Source: Campylobacterota bacterium (GTDB lineage Bacteria; Campylobacterota; Campylobacteria; Campylobacterales; Arcobacteraceae). From it: DNA of 27,763 nt. The position numbers were made by a program, and so were the translations under genes. A model generated the notes under the pieces. That model saw only the letters and a list, made by a program, of their open reading frames with translations, searched no databases and was not told where the DNA came from. Where the stretch lies: contig JBNJFB010000030.1 of NCBI GenBank assembly GCA_051746405.1, forward strand, positions 1-27,763. Direction: 5' to 3'. This document shows positions 9,717-20,045 of the stretch, in pieces (the stretch's first letter is position 1; every line of letters starts with the position of its first letter).

Positions 9717-9757
9717 TTGAATTACTACAGCATAATTATTTGCTGTTAGTAGTTCAA
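9717..9757. other. Long imperfect stem-loop downstream of the OmpA gene (terminator or mRNA stabiliser)
   Basis: ttgaattactacagca-taattatt-tgctgttagtagttcaa: about 16 bp with one bulge and one G-U pair. No U tail on the plus strand. Confidence 0.6.
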
Positions 9758-9802
9758 AACCTAAATACCTAAACGTTTAACTGTAAACTTACTTTTTTTA
9801 GG

Positions 9803-9808
9803 TATAAT
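9803..9808 (+). promoter_or_regulatory. Candidate -10 box for lepA
   Basis: tttttttaggTATAAT with upstream T-tracts, typical of Campylobacterota housekeeping promoters. Confidence 0.65.
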
Positions 9809-9854
9809 CTGCATTAATTAAAACTCAAACATATTTCAAAAAATAGGGTACAAT

Positions 9855-11642
9855 TTGCAAGAGAATATAAGAAACTTTAGTATTATAGCTCATATAGACC
9901 ATGGGAAATCAACCCTTGCTGATAGGATAATTCAAGAGTGTGGTGCTGTAACAGATAGGGAACTTTCAACACAAATGATGGATACTATGGATATTGAAAA
10001 AGAGCGTGGTATAACTATTAAAGCACAAAGTGTAAGGCTAAAATATATAAAAGATAATCAAGAGTATATTTTAAACTTAATCGACACTCCTGGGCATGTT
10101 GATTTCTCTTATGAAGTTAGTAGAAGTTTAGCTTCATCAGAGGGTGCATTACTAATAGTTGATTCAACTCAAGGGGTTGAAGCTCAAACTATTGCAAACG
10201 TTTATATTGCCCTTGATAATGATTTAGAGCTTTTACCTGTAGTTAATAAAATTGATTTACCTAGTGCTGATCCTTTAAGAGTCCTAGAAGAGACAGAAGA
10301 TGCTATTGGTTTAGATTGTACAGACCATAACTTAGTAAGTGCAAAAACAGGACTTGGTGTAAAAGAGCTTATTGACTCAATAGTAGATAGAGTACCTGCA
10401 CCAAATGGTGATGAAAAAGCCTCAACAAAAGCTTTGATTTATGATAGCTGGTTTGATAACTATCTTGGGGCATTAGCACTTGTTAGAGTATATGATGGTA
10501 GCATTAAAAAAGGTCAAGTTTTAAAAATGATGAACACAAAAGTTCAACATCCTGTTTTAGATTTAATGTATCCACATCCACTTCAAAGGGAAAAAACAAA
10601 AGAGATTCATACAGGTGAGATAGGAATAGTTGTATTGGGATTAAAAACACTAGATGGTATTGCAGTTGGTGATACTATGACAGATGCAAAAAAACCTACT
10701 GCAAAACCTATTGGAGGATTTGAACCTGCTAAGCCTTTTGTATTTGCAGGACTATATCCAATTGAAACAGATAAGTTTGAAGACTTAAGAGAAGCTTTAT
10801 CAAAACTTCAGCTAAATGACTCATCAATCTCTTTTGAACCTGAAAGTTCAGCAGCATTAGGAAGTGGATTTAGAGCTGGTTTTTTAGGAATGTTGCATAT
10901 GGAAGTTGTAAAAGAGAGACTAGAACGGGAGTTTGATCTTGATTTAATAGCAACTGCACCAACTGTTGTATATGAGGTTGATAAAAACAATGGTGATAGA
11001 ATTGAGATTCAAAACCCAAGTGAACTTCCAGAACCAAATGAAATTGATACAATCTATGAACCATATGTTCGTTCAACCATATTAGTACCTGATGAGTTTT
11101 TAGGAAATGTAATAAAACTTCTTAATGATAAAAGAGGTATTCAACTAAAAATGGACTATCTAGGTAAAAGAGTTTTACTAGAGTATGATATTCCAATGAA
11201 TGAAATTGTAATGGACTTTTATGATAAACTAAAATCTACTACAAAAGGTTATGCATCTTTTGATTATGAACAAGCCGGGTTTAGACCTGGTAACCTTAAA
11301 AAACTTGATATTAGAGTTGCAGGTGATGTTGTTGATGCATTATCAATAATTGTACCTGAAGACAAGGCACAAAGTAGAGGTAGAGAGTTTATCAAAGCAC
11401 TAAAAGAGTTAATACCAAGACAACTTTTTGAAGTTGCAGTCCAAGCAAGTATTGGTACAAATATTATTGCAAGAGAGACAGTAAAATCTATGGGTAAAAA
11501 TGTTACTGCAAAATGTTATGGTGGTGATATCACAAGAAAAAGAAAACTTCTAGAAAAACAAAAAGCCGGTAAAAAAAGAATGAAATCTATTGGTAAAGTA
11601 AATGTACCACAAGAGGCGTTTATGGCTGTACTGAAGATATAA
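9855..11642 (+). CDS. lepA: Elongation factor 4 (LepA)
   Basis: [46 protein letters not shown] and [21 protein letters not shown] start. Confidence 0.99.
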   Translation: MQENIRNFSIIAHIDHGKSTLADRIIQECGAVTDRELSTQMMDTMDIEKERGITIKAQSVRLKYIKDNQEYILNLIDTPGHVDFSYEVSRSLASSEGALLIVDSTQGVEAQTIANVYIALDNDLELLPVVNKIDLPSADPLRVLEETEDAIGLDCTDHNLVSAKTGLGVKELIDSIVDRVPAPNGDEKASTKALIYDSWFDNYLGALALVRVYDGSIKKGQVLKMMNTKVQHPVLDLMYPHPLQREKTKEIHTGEIGIVVLGLKTLDGIAVGDTMTDAKKPTAKPIGGFEPAKPFVFAGLYPIETDKFEDLREALSKLQLNDSSISFEPESSAALGSGFRAGFLGMLHMEVVKERLEREFDLDLIATAPTVVYEVDKNNGDRIEIQNPSELPEPNEIDTIYEPYVRSTILVPDEFLGNVIKLLNDKRGIQLKMDYLGKRVLLEYDIPMNEIVMDFYDKLKSTTKGYASFDYEQAGFRPGNLKKLDIRVAGDVVDALSIIVPEDKAQSRGREFIKALKELIPRQLFEVAVQASIGTNIIARETVKSMGKNVTAKCYGGDITRKRKLLEKQKAGKKRMKSIGKVNVPQEAFMAVLKI

Positions 11643-11710
11643 AGTTATATTTTCTAGATATATGAATATTTAAATTAGATTATTTATAATAGTTTATGTT
11701 ATCATATTAT

Positions 11711-12283
11711 ATGAAATGTATAATATGTGATAACATAACCTTTAAAATCATCTGTAAGACCTGTCAAAATACCTTACTACAACCCTCCTTTCACAAAAGA
11801 GAGATACAAAAAGGTTTTTTTAACTACTCTTTTTATGCATTAAGTGATATTGAAAAACTTCTAAACTCAAAATACTATTTTCATGGAGATAGGGTTTTTG
11901 AACTTCTTGCTAAGCTTTCATTTTTAAAATTTGCTCAAAACTTTAATTTTAGAAATATTGTTTATGCTATTGCAATAGATGATCATGTTAGGCATGATTT
12001 TTCACATACTGCTATTTTAGCTAAGAGTCTAAAATCAGAATTTATTAAACCAAAATACAATTGTATAAAAGCCCAAAACTATGTGAAGTATGCGGGTAAA
12101 TCTTTGGAGTTTAGAAAAAATAACCCAAGAGATTTTAAAGTTTCAAATATTCAACATGAAATGACAATTTTATGTGATGATATAATCACAACAGGTGCTA
12201 CAATAAAAGAAGCAAAAAAAGCAATTGAACAAAAAGACAATGAAGTTTTATTTTCTTTAACCCTAGCTGATGCAAAACTTTAG
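11711..12283 (+). CDS. comF: ComF-family protein (Zn finger plus phosphoribosyltransferase domain)
   Basis: N-terminal CIIC...ICKTC and C-terminal LCDDIITTGAT. Start is either 11711 (MKCIIC, preferred) or 11696. Confidence 0.88.
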   Translation: MKCIICDNITFKIICKTCQNTLLQPSFHKREIQKGFFNYSFYALSDIEKLLNSKYYFHGDRVFELLAKLSFLKFAQNFNFRNIVYAIAIDDHVRHDFSHTAILAKSLKSEFIKPKYNCIKAQNYVKYAGKSLEFRKNNPRDFKVSNIQHEMTILCDDIITTGATIKEAKKAIEQKDNEVLFSLTLADAKL

Positions 12284-12289
12284 TATAAT
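12284..12289 (+). promoter_or_regulatory. Candidate -10 box for hisH-TIGR01777-hisA
   Basis: tttagTATAAT directly after the comF stop codon, followed by an AAAGGA RBS. Confidence 0.55.
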
Positions 12290-12312
12290 AATCTTTTATT
12301 AAAGGAATGTTA

Positions 12313-12921
12313 GTGATTGGAATAATTGATTATAATATGGGAAATTTAGCAAGTGTCTATAATGCTTGTCATTTATTAGATACAAAAGCAACTATTGTTA
12401 AAGACCCAAGTAGACTAAAAGATTTTGAAAAAATTATTTTACCAGGTGTTGGTGCATTTGGTGATGCTATGAGTCACCTAAAACAAACAGGTATGCAAGG
12501 GGCTGTATATGAGTTTGCAAAAACTGGCAAACCAATGATGGGAATTTGTTTAGGGATGCAGTTATTATTTGAAAGTTCATCTGAGTTTGGATTTAATGAA
12601 GGTTTAGGCTTGATTGATGGAGAGATTGTAAAATTTGACAAATCTAAAATGCATGAAGATTCTAAAATCCCTCACATGGGTTGGAATACAATAAAATGTA
12701 AAGAGCATGATTTATTTAAAGGATTAGAAAAACCATATTTATACTTTGTTCACTCTTATCATGCAATCACAAAAGAGAGTAATATCATTGGTAAAACAAC
12801 TTATGGTTATGAGTTTGCAAGTGCAGTTAACAAAGATAATATCTATGGGTTTCAACCACATCCTGAGAAATCACATGACAATGGAATTAAAATTTTAAGG
12901 AATTTTATAAATATCAAATAA
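12313..12921 (+). CDS. hisH: Imidazole glycerol phosphate synthase, glutamine amidotransferase subunit
   Basis: IDYNMGNL, LPGVGAF, GICLGMQLL, PHMGWN, YFVHSY and QPHPEKS. The GTG at 12313 is better spaced from AAGGA than the ATG at 12307. Confidence 0.96.
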   Translation: MIGIIDYNMGNLASVYNACHLLDTKATIVKDPSRLKDFEKIILPGVGAFGDAMSHLKQTGMQGAVYEFAKTGKPMMGICLGMQLLFESSSEFGFNEGLGLIDGEIVKFDKSKMHEDSKIPHMGWNTIKCKEHDLFKGLEKPYLYFVHSYHAITKESNIIGKTTYGYEFASAVNKDNIYGFQPHPEKSHDNGIKILRNFINIK

Positions 12922-12931
12922 AGGATATATT

Positions 12932-13783
12932 ATGAAAACAATAGCAATAACAGGGGCAAGTGGATTTGTAGGTACTAGTTTAATTAACTATTTTACAAAC
13001 TTAAACTATGAAGTTATAAAAATAAAAAGAGAGTATCTAAGTGACTCTAAAAAACTTGAAGAGATTGTAAATAAAGCTGATATTTTAATAAATTTAGCAG
13101 GTGCTAATATTATTAGTAGATGGAGTCAAGAGTATAAAAAGACTCTTTATAATAGTAGAATTAATACAACAAAGAGTTTAATATCTGCAATAAAAAATGT
13201 AGAAAAAAAGCCTGAGATTCTAATATCAACTTCTGCTGTGGGGATTTATGACAATAAAGCCTCTTATGATGAAAATGGAAATTTCTCTGATGATTTTTTA
13301 GGAAAGCTTGCAAAAGATTGGGAGAGTGAAGCAAACAAAGCTAAAGAGTATGGAGTAAAGACCTCTATTTTTAGATTTGGAATTGTATTAGGAAAAGATG
13401 GCGGAGCACTAGAAAAGATGTTACCTCCTTTTAAAATGGGTGTTGGTGGTACAATTGGAGATGGTAAGCAGTCCTTTTCATTTATTCATATAAGTGATTT
13501 ACTAGATGCTTATAAATTTGTTATTGAAAATAGATATGATGGTGTATTTAATATAACTGCTCCAACCCCAACTACTAATAAAGGACTTACAAAAGCTTTA
13601 GGGAAACACTTAAATAGACCGACTATATTTCCAATACCAACTTTTGTATTAAATATTATATTTAGTGAAGGTGCACAAGTATTAACTGATGGACAAAGTG
13701 CAGTTCCTAAACACTTATTGGATTTGGGATTTAAATTTAAGTTTCATAATATTGATGAAACAATAAAAGACTTAGTAAAATAA
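12932..13783 (+). CDS. TIGR01777/YfcH-family NAD(P)-dependent epimerase-like protein
   Basis: ITGASGFVG, INLAGANI..RW, SAVGIY, RFGIVLG, GGTIGDGKQ, FIHISD, RPTIFPIP and P..L...GFKF. Confidence 0.9.
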   Translation: MKTIAITGASGFVGTSLINYFTNLNYEVIKIKREYLSDSKKLEEIVNKADILINLAGANIISRWSQEYKKTLYNSRINTTKSLISAIKNVEKKPEILISTSAVGIYDNKASYDENGNFSDDFLGKLAKDWESEANKAKEYGVKTSIFRFGIVLGKDGGALEKMLPPFKMGVGGTIGDGKQSFSFIHISDLLDAYKFVIENRYDGVFNITAPTPTTNKGLTKALGKHLNRPTIFPIPTFVLNIIFSEGAQVLTDGQSAVPKHLLDLGFKFKFHNIDETIKDLVK

Positions 13784-13801
13784 ATAAGGAGAATTGAAAT
13801 A

Positions 13802-14509
13802 ATGGATATTTTACCAGCAATTGATCTAAAAGACGGAAAAGCTGTAAGATTAAGCAAAGGGCTTATGGATAGTGCAAAAATATACTCTAATGAGCCATGG
13901 CAAGTAGCAAAAAAGTTTGAACAACTAGGTAGTAAATGGGTTCATGTGGTTGATTTAAATGGTGCTTTTGCAGGAGAACCTGCAAACTTAGACCAAATTA
14001 AAAAAATAAGAGAAAACTGCAATATTAAAATTGAAGTTGGTGGTGGAATTAGAGATGAAGAGACTATCAAAATGTATCTTGATCTTGGAGTTAATAGACT
14101 TATTTTAGGTTCAATTGCTGTAAAAGATCCACAATTTGTAAAAGATATGGCTGCTAAATATCCAATTGCTGTTGGAATTGATGCAAAAGATGGAATGGTA
14201 GCAGTTGAGGGATGGGCTGAAGTTTCAACTATGAGAGCAACTGATCTAGCAAAAGAGTTCGCAAAAGCAGGTGTTGAGGCTATTATTTGTACTGATATAA
14301 GTAAAGATGGAATGCTTTGTGGTGTAAATGTACAGTTCACGCAGGATATTGCATTAGCATCAGGAGTTGACACCATTGCATCAGGTGGAGTAAAAGATAT
14401 CAATGATATAAAAACATGTAAAGAAAATGGGAATATTGCAGGTGTAATTGTAGGAAAAGCTTTCTATGAGGGTACACTTGATTTAGAAGAAGCTTTTAAA
14501 GCTTTATAA
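13802..14509 (+). CDS. hisA: ProFAR isomerase
   Basis: [43 protein letters not shown] and GKAFYEG. Confidence 0.97.
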   Translation: MDILPAIDLKDGKAVRLSKGLMDSAKIYSNEPWQVAKKFEQLGSKWVHVVDLNGAFAGEPANLDQIKKIRENCNIKIEVGGGIRDEETIKMYLDLGVNRLILGSIAVKDPQFVKDMAAKYPIAVGIDAKDGMVAVEGWAEVSTMRATDLAKEFAKAGVEAIICTDISKDGMLCGVNVQFTQDIALASGVDTIASGGVKDINDIKTCKENGNIAGVIVGKAFYEGTLDLEEAFKAL

Positions 14510-14545
14510 TATATTTAAACTTATAAATACAAAGATGGATAAATA

Positions 14546-15349
14546 ATGAAATTAAAAAAATGGATATATATAGCAATTCTTCTAGTGATATTTTACTATG
14601 CTTTTATACTAAATACGGTTGTAACTCTTTCAATTATAGCGTCTTTGTATATAGCGTTTAAACTATATAGATTTTACTCTAAAAAGAAATTAAATAAATT
14701 AGTAAAATCAAAAGAGTTGTTTAAAAAAAGTCAGTTAGGTCTTTTTGTGGCCCTTGTTGCTAAAGTTGCTAAAGCAGATGGAAGAGTACAAGAGCTTGAA
14801 GCACAACTTATTGGTATGATGTTTGATGATATCTCTAAACTTTTTAATGAAAAAGATAAAGCAAGAGCTATAATGAAAGAGATTTTCAATGAAGAGAAAC
14901 AAAAAGAGAATAATACTAAAGAAATCGCTCAAGCTTTAAATAAAATATTAGGTCGTAGTATTATCAAGCGTAAACAGTTTTTGAGTTTTCTAATTCAGTT
15001 AGCTTATATAGACAGTGGAATTAGTCAAGATGAAAAAAAAGTTTTACATGAAATTATGCAAGAGTTAAATATAGAACCTAGCGTATATGATGAGATTGTA
15101 AATAAGTTTGAAAATATGATGAAAAATAAGCAAGAAACAATGAGTTTACAAGAAGCTTATGAGATTTTAGAAGTAAAACAAAGTGATGATATGAACACTA
15201 TAAAAAAAGCATATAGAAAATTAATTAGAAAATACCATCCAGATATTATAAGTTCACAAGATAAAGATGAAAGCTATATGGAAGAAGCAACAGCAAAAAC
15301 ACAAAAGATAAACCAAGCTTATCAAGTTATAAAAGATGAGAGAAAATAG
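14546..15349 (+). CDS. djlA: DjlA-like co-chaperone (N-terminal TM, TerB-like domain, C-terminal J domain)
   Basis: N-terminal hydrophobic segments, AKVAKADGRV, and IKKAYRKLIRKYHPD...KINQAY. Confidence 0.88.
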   Translation: MKLKKWIYIAILLVIFYYAFILNTVVTLSIIASLYIAFKLYRFYSKKKLNKLVKSKELFKKSQLGLFVALVAKVAKADGRVQELEAQLIGMMFDDISKLFNEKDKARAIMKEIFNEEKQKENNTKEIAQALNKILGRSIIKRKQFLSFLIQLAYIDSGISQDEKKVLHEIMQELNIEPSVYDEIVNKFENMMKNKQETMSLQEAYEILEVKQSDDMNTIKKAYRKLIRKYHPDIISSQDKDESYMEEATAKTQKINQAYQVIKDERK

Positions 15350-15354
15350 AACTC

Positions 15355-16881
15355 CTACTCAAAAAGTAGTTTTATCAAAAACAAAAGAAGTATAAAGATT
15401 ACAATTGTAAAAATATACTTCTGCTTATTTAAAGTTTTTTCTATCTTTTTTAATAAAGTTTTGATTTTTAAAACTAGTTTTATTTCCCTTTCATTTTTTT
15501 CTAAATTTTCAATATTGTTTATTCTTATCTTACTAAAATCAAAACTTGAAAAGAGATACAAAATATCACCTTGTGGTAGATTTTTAATATTTATCTCTTT
15601 TTTTACTATTATTGTAAAAAACAGTATTGCAAAAACTAGGGGCAAGAGTTGCCAAATTGAAAAACTATATTTAAAATCTAAAATATATGCTAGAAAAATT
15701 GACATAAAAATTAAAGGTAATATTATTATAGAGTTATTTTCATACTCTTCTTTTAATTCATATTTTTTACTTAAAAGGTAAAATCTAAGCATTAAAATAG
15801 CTGTAATAATCGAACCTAATGTTAAGAAGATTAAAAATATACTCCATTGTACCTCATCTTTAAATAAGCCTTTTGCTAATGCTCCACTTGTAAAAGGTAA
15901 ACCAATTAAGCTAAATGAAGTTATTAAGAAAATAGATAAGTTTAGTCTGTTTAGTCCATTATTTATTATCTCATTTGCTAGTAAAAAAATAGCTGATTTA
16001 TTAAATGCATGATGAATTATAAAAAATAGTATAGCTAAAACAATTGCATCATAGTTTTTTGTATCATATAATGCCAAAGAATAGATCATAACTACAAATC
16101 CCATTTGAGAAATACTTGAATAAGCTAAAACAGCTTTTAATTTATCTTGAAATAGACCATAAAAACCTATTAATATTCCAAGCATACCCAAAAGCATAAG
16201 TACATAAGGCAGAGGTTGTGTATAATCTAAAGAGTTGTTAAAAAATCTAAGCCAACCTAAGACACCAGCTTTTAACATAACCCCTGATAAAACTGCACTA
16301 GCACTTGCAGGAGAGTTACTATGAGCTAAAGGAAGCCATGAGTTCAATAAAAACATACCAACTTTTATTCCAAAACCAATTAGTACTAATAAATGCATAA
16401 ATGAAAATTCTGTATTTGTAAAATTCAAAAAATGAAAAGAGCTAAACTTATATACTAAGCCAACAATTGCAACAAAAATTAGAATTTCTCCAAATATTGC
16501 ATACTTTATATAAACAAAAGCTGCATTTTTAGCCTCATCTGTACGATTGTGTAAAATCAAAGCAAACGAGCTTAAAGACATCAAAGAAAAGAGTATATAA
16601 AAAGATATAACATCAAAACTAAAACATAAAAAAAAGTTACCAATAAAAGTAAGAGTAAACCAAAAAAAATAGGATTTTCTATTCTCTTTGATTGTACGAA
16701 AAGCATAAACTGCACAAACGGTCCAAATAAAAGAGGTAAAAATCAAAAACTGTTTTGCAATAAAATCTACTTTGAAATCAAGTCCAAATAAAAACCAATC
16801 CACTCTTATAAAAAAATCTATTGGCACAAACAGTGCAAATAAAAATGATATGAAAAAGGGAATAAAAAAAATAAACCTCAT
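15355..16881 (-). CDS. Mrp/complex-I antiporter-like subunit (third MrpD-like copy, HyfB-like)
   Basis: Polytopic membrane protein with WLPLAH..SPASASAVLSGVMLKAG, LAYSSISQMG, HHAFNKS and GLPFTSG..AK. Confidence 0.88.
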   Translation of the reverse strand: MRFIFFIPFFISFLFALFVPIDFFIRVDWFLFGLDFKVDFIAKQFLIFTSFIWTVCAVYAFRTIKENRKSYFFWFTLTFIGNFFLCFSFDVISFYILFSLMSLSSFALILHNRTDEAKNAAFVYIKYAIFGEILIFVAIVGLVYKFSSFHFLNFTNTEFSFMHLLVLIGFGIKVGMFLLNSWLPLAHSNSPASASAVLSGVMLKAGVLGWLRFFNNSLDYTQPLPYVLMLLGMLGILIGFYGLFQDKLKAVLAYSSISQMGFVVMIYSLALYDTKNYDAIVLAILFFIIHHAFNKSAIFLLANEIINNGLNRLNLSIFLITSFSLIGLPFTSGALAKGLFKDEVQWSIFLIFLTLGSIITAILMLRFYLLSKKYELKEEYENNSIIILPLIFMSIFLAYILDFKYSFSIWQLLPLVFAILFFTIIVKKEINIKNLPQGDILYLFSSFDFSKIRINNIENLEKNEREIKLVLKIKTLLKKIEKTLNKQKYIFTIVIFILLLFLIKLLFE

Positions 16882-18371
16882 GATGAATACTCCATTCTTA
16901 CTATATCAATTACCCATTGTAAAGCACTAAACTGAGTAAAAGCAAAAACTCCTAATAGTATAGTTAATATTGCTGTAAAAAATAGAGGAATTACCATAAG
17001 TAAACTACTTTCAAAGCCTTTATATGTTTTTATTTGTTTACTTAACTCTTGTGGCTTTAAAAACCAAAGGCGATAAACCAAAGGTAAAAAGTAAGCTGCA
17101 TTTAGTAAAGAAGATAATGCAATAACCAATAAAATAAGCCAAGAGCTATTTTCAACTGAACCTAATGCTAAGTACCATTTACTAATGAATCCAGCTGTGG
17201 GAGGTAAGCCTATCATACCAAATGCTGCTATTGTAAAAGATATTGAACTAATAGGCATTAATTTACCTAAACCATTCATTTCTTCAATCTTTTTGACACC
17301 AAATGTTTGCATAAAAACACCTGCACAAAAAAATAGAGTAATCTTCATAACTCCTTGATGAACTAAATGAACTATTCCTCCAATAGTACCAAGGGGACCA
17401 AAAATTGAAACCCCTAAAACAATATAGGAAACTTGAGAAACAGTTGAGTATGCAAGCCGTTTTTTTATGTCTGTTTGATATAAAGCCATAATACTTCCAT
17501 AAACTATAGTGATACAAGCTATTACCATTAAAAACTTTAATAAATTTAACTCTTGGGCAAACTTTATTCCATATACTTCATATACCAATCTTATTATTCC
17601 AAAAGCTCCTGCTTTTACAACTGCAACAGCATGTAAAAGTGCAGAAACAGGTGCAGGTGCTGCCATTGCTTTTGGAAGCCAGCCATGAAGTGGAAAAATT
17701 GCTGCTTTTACTCCTAATCCAATAATTAAAATAAAAAATGATATTTGCCAATATACAGAACTTACATTTGAGTAACTTTTTAAATATCCTCCACTTATAA
17801 ACTCTACACTTCCTGTTTGAAAATAAAGAAGTGATATTCCCATTAGAAAAAAAACTCCTCCAAAAACTGTATATTTTAGATATACAATTAAAGCTTTTTT
17901 AGACTCAATATTTTGATTGTGTATTATTAAAGGAATAGTAACAAGGGTTAAAAACTCATAAAAAAGAAAAAAAGTAAATAAATTTCCAGCCATACTTAAA
18001 CCAACAGTTGCAGTTACACACAAAGAGAAAAATCCAAAGAATCTACTTTGAAAAAGACTATTTTTTAAATAACCTATAGCATAAAAAGTAGTAAACAACC
18101 AAAGAATTGATGATAAAGTAGTAAAAAATAGAGATAAATAATCTACTTTTAAAACAAAATCTAAATTAGGTAAAAATTCATATTTAAATCTAAACTCCTC
18201 TCCTACTAAAACTGCATCTATAATAAGAAATAGAAAAAATATTTTTAGAGATATACCTAGTAGATTAAAAAAGTTCCTTAAATACCTTTGTTCTTCTTTT
18301 AAAATAAAAATAATCAAAGCAGGAATAAACGAGCTTAATAGTAGTAAAAATATATATAGTGTATTATCCAT
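16878..18371 (-). CDS. Mrp antiporter-like subunit (second MrpD-like copy, with MrpA/NuoL-type TM8 His)
   Basis: FYEFLTL, KAAIFPLHGWLPKAMAAPAPVSALLHAVAVVKAG, KKRLAYSTVSQ and GLPPTAGFISKW. Confidence 0.92.
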   Translation of the reverse strand: MDNTLYIFLLLLSSFIPALIIFILKEEQRYLRNFFNLLGISLKIFFLFLIIDAVLVGEEFRFKYEFLPNLDFVLKVDYLSLFFTTLSSILWLFTTFYAIGYLKNSLFQSRFFGFFSLCVTATVGLSMAGNLFTFFLFYEFLTLVTIPLIIHNQNIESKKALIVYLKYTVFGGVFFLMGISLLYFQTGSVEFISGGYLKSYSNVSSVYWQISFFILIIGLGVKAAIFPLHGWLPKAMAAPAPVSALLHAVAVVKAGAFGIIRLVYEVYGIKFAQELNLLKFLMVIACITIVYGSIMALYQTDIKKRLAYSTVSQVSYIVLGVSIFGPLGTIGGIVHLVHQGVMKITLFFCAGVFMQTFGVKKIEEMNGLGKLMPISSISFTIAAFGMIGLPPTAGFISKWYLALGSVENSSWLILLVIALSSLLNAAYFLPLVYRLWFLKPQELSKQIKTYKGFESSLLMVIPLFFTAILTILLGVFAFTQFSALQWVIDIVRMEYSS

Positions 18372-18372
18372 A

Positions 18373-19782
18373 TTACCAACTTATCATATTTGTTATATTA
18401 GATGAAAAAAATCCCATTATAACCGAAGTTAAACTTAAAATAAAAGCAATAGCTTGCAATATAAAAAGATTATGATTAGATGGTTTTATAAAGTTTTTTG
18501 AATCATCTTTTTTCATTAAAGTTAAAATTATCAGCCTAGAAAAATAGAATGCTGTGATAAAAGTTGCCAATAATATTAAAACAAATAAAATCCACTCTTT
18601 TTGATTTAAAGCCTCTTGCAAATAGTACCATTTTGCACTAAAACCAAGTGTGGGCGGAAGTCCTATTAAAGTTATTGCACTAAAGCTTAGAGTAAAAACA
18701 CCCAAAGGTAAAACTGAAGATATACCTTTTAATGATTCTATCTTTTTACTTTGTGCACAAAGGATAAATACTCCTGCAATCAAAAAAAGTCCAGCTTTTG
18801 CAAACATATGAGAAATCAGTATAAAAATAGTTGCATATAAAGCTTGATTTGATAATAAAATAAAAACAACGAATAAATATCCAACTTGAGAAATAGTAGA
18901 ATAAGCAATAAGAAGTTTTAGCTTTTTTGCTAGTATAGCTTGAATTCCACCATAAAAAATAGCTATCACTCCCAAAACTCCAATAAAGTTTTTTATTTCA
19001 TAATCAAATATAAATACCTGATATGAAAAAAATAGTAATAGATAAAAAGTTGTTTTTATAACAATTGCAGATAAAAGTGCAGATACTGGAGTAATAGCAT
19101 TTGAATGAGCTTTTGCTAGCCAATAATGAAAAGGGAAAAGTGCTGTTTTTATGATTAATGCAATAGCAATTAAAATATAAGCAAGAAGTGTTATTTTATC
19201 ATCTTTAATAACTTCACTTAAAATTTCAATACTTAAAGTTGAATAGTTACTATAAATTAAAACAACAGCAAGAAGGTAAAACCCAGATGCCAATAAAGAA
19301 GCAAAAAGATATTTTATTGCAGCATGAATTGATTCTTTACTAGCACCTAAAGCACTCAAAGATACTGCACTTAAAGATAAAAGCTCTAATCCCACATAGA
19401 TATTAAAAATATCATTTGATAAAAATGTAATTGCAATACCAGATGATAAAAAACCAATCAAAGAGAAAAAAAGCAACTCTTTTTGTTTTTGTAAATAAAA
19501 ATAAGCATACAAAACTGCCATAAACAAAATAAAAGATGAAAGAACCAAAAGTAAAGTATTAAGCCTAAAAGCAACAAACTCTATCCCAAGTGGTGGTACA
19601 TATCCTGCAAAATTATAGAAGATTTTATTTTCATCTAAAACTTGTAAAAATAGATTTACTGATAAAAAAATCCAAAAAACAGTAAATACCAACATTAAAA
19701 CTTTTGCATACTTTTTAAAAGTAAAGGCAAAAATTGAGAATATTAAAGGAGTCACTACTATAAGTGGTATTAAATGTATCAC
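18373..19782 (-). CDS. mnhD: Na+/H+ antiporter subunit D (first copy)
   Basis: GYVPPLGI, DIFNIYVGLELL, KTALFPFHYWL..AH, SALLSAIVIK, AYSTISQVGY and GLPPTLGFSAKW. GTG start. Confidence 0.9.
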   Translation of the reverse strand: MIHLIPLIVVTPLIFSIFAFTFKKYAKVLMLVFTVFWIFLSVNLFLQVLDENKIFYNFAGYVPPLGIEFVAFRLNTLLLVLSSFILFMAVLYAYFYLQKQKELLFFSLIGFLSSGIAITFLSNDIFNIYVGLELLSLSAVSLSALGASKESIHAAIKYLFASLLASGFYLLAVVLIYSNYSTLSIEILSEVIKDDKITLLAYILIAIALIIKTALFPFHYWLAKAHSNAITPVSALLSAIVIKTTFYLLLFFSYQVFIFDYEIKNFIGVLGVIAIFYGGIQAILAKKLKLLIAYSTISQVGYLFVVFILLSNQALYATIFILISHMFAKAGLFLIAGVFILCAQSKKIESLKGISSVLPLGVFTLSFSAITLIGLPPTLGFSAKWYYLQEALNQKEWILFVLILLATFITAFYFSRLIILTLMKKDDSKNFIKPSNHNLFILQAIAFILSLTSVIMGFFSSNITNMISW

Positions 19783-20045
19783 TTCTTATCCTTATAATAA
19801 GCTCTAATTAGCATTATTCCTAAACTCATTGCAGCTAAAGATACTACAAGACCTGTTAAAACTAAAGCATTTGCTATTGAACTTGAAATACTATTTTCAT
19901 AAGTTAATGATATAAAAACCAAAAAAACACCACTAGTAAAAATATTTAGACTAATTAGCTTTTTAATTAAGTGCTTGTTTATTATTACACCTACAACTCC
20001 TAAAATAAAAAGTGCAATACCAACTACTATATAAAGCTCTTGCAT
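19779..20045 (-). CDS. mnhC: Na+/H+ antiporter subunit C
   Basis: Three TM segments; HLIKKLISLNI and ALVLTGLVV. Confidence 0.88.
   Translation of the reverse strand: MQELYIVVGIALFILGVVGVIINKHLIKKLISLNIFTSGVFLVFISLTYENSISSSIANALVLTGLVVSLAAMSLGIMLIRAYYKDKK

Noticed and set aside
13942..14403. 153-aa antisense ORF inside hisA, and similar ones at 3095, 5279, 5490, 9137, 10808, 10870, 14735, 15461, 17284, 24531 and 27400
   Set aside because: All lie fully within confident genes and have the composition expected from reverse-complement or shifted reading of biased codons.
14546..15349. Tellurite-resistance or anti-phage Ter system
   Set aside because: The TerB-like domain is part of the ordinary DjlA architecture, and no other ter genes are nearby.
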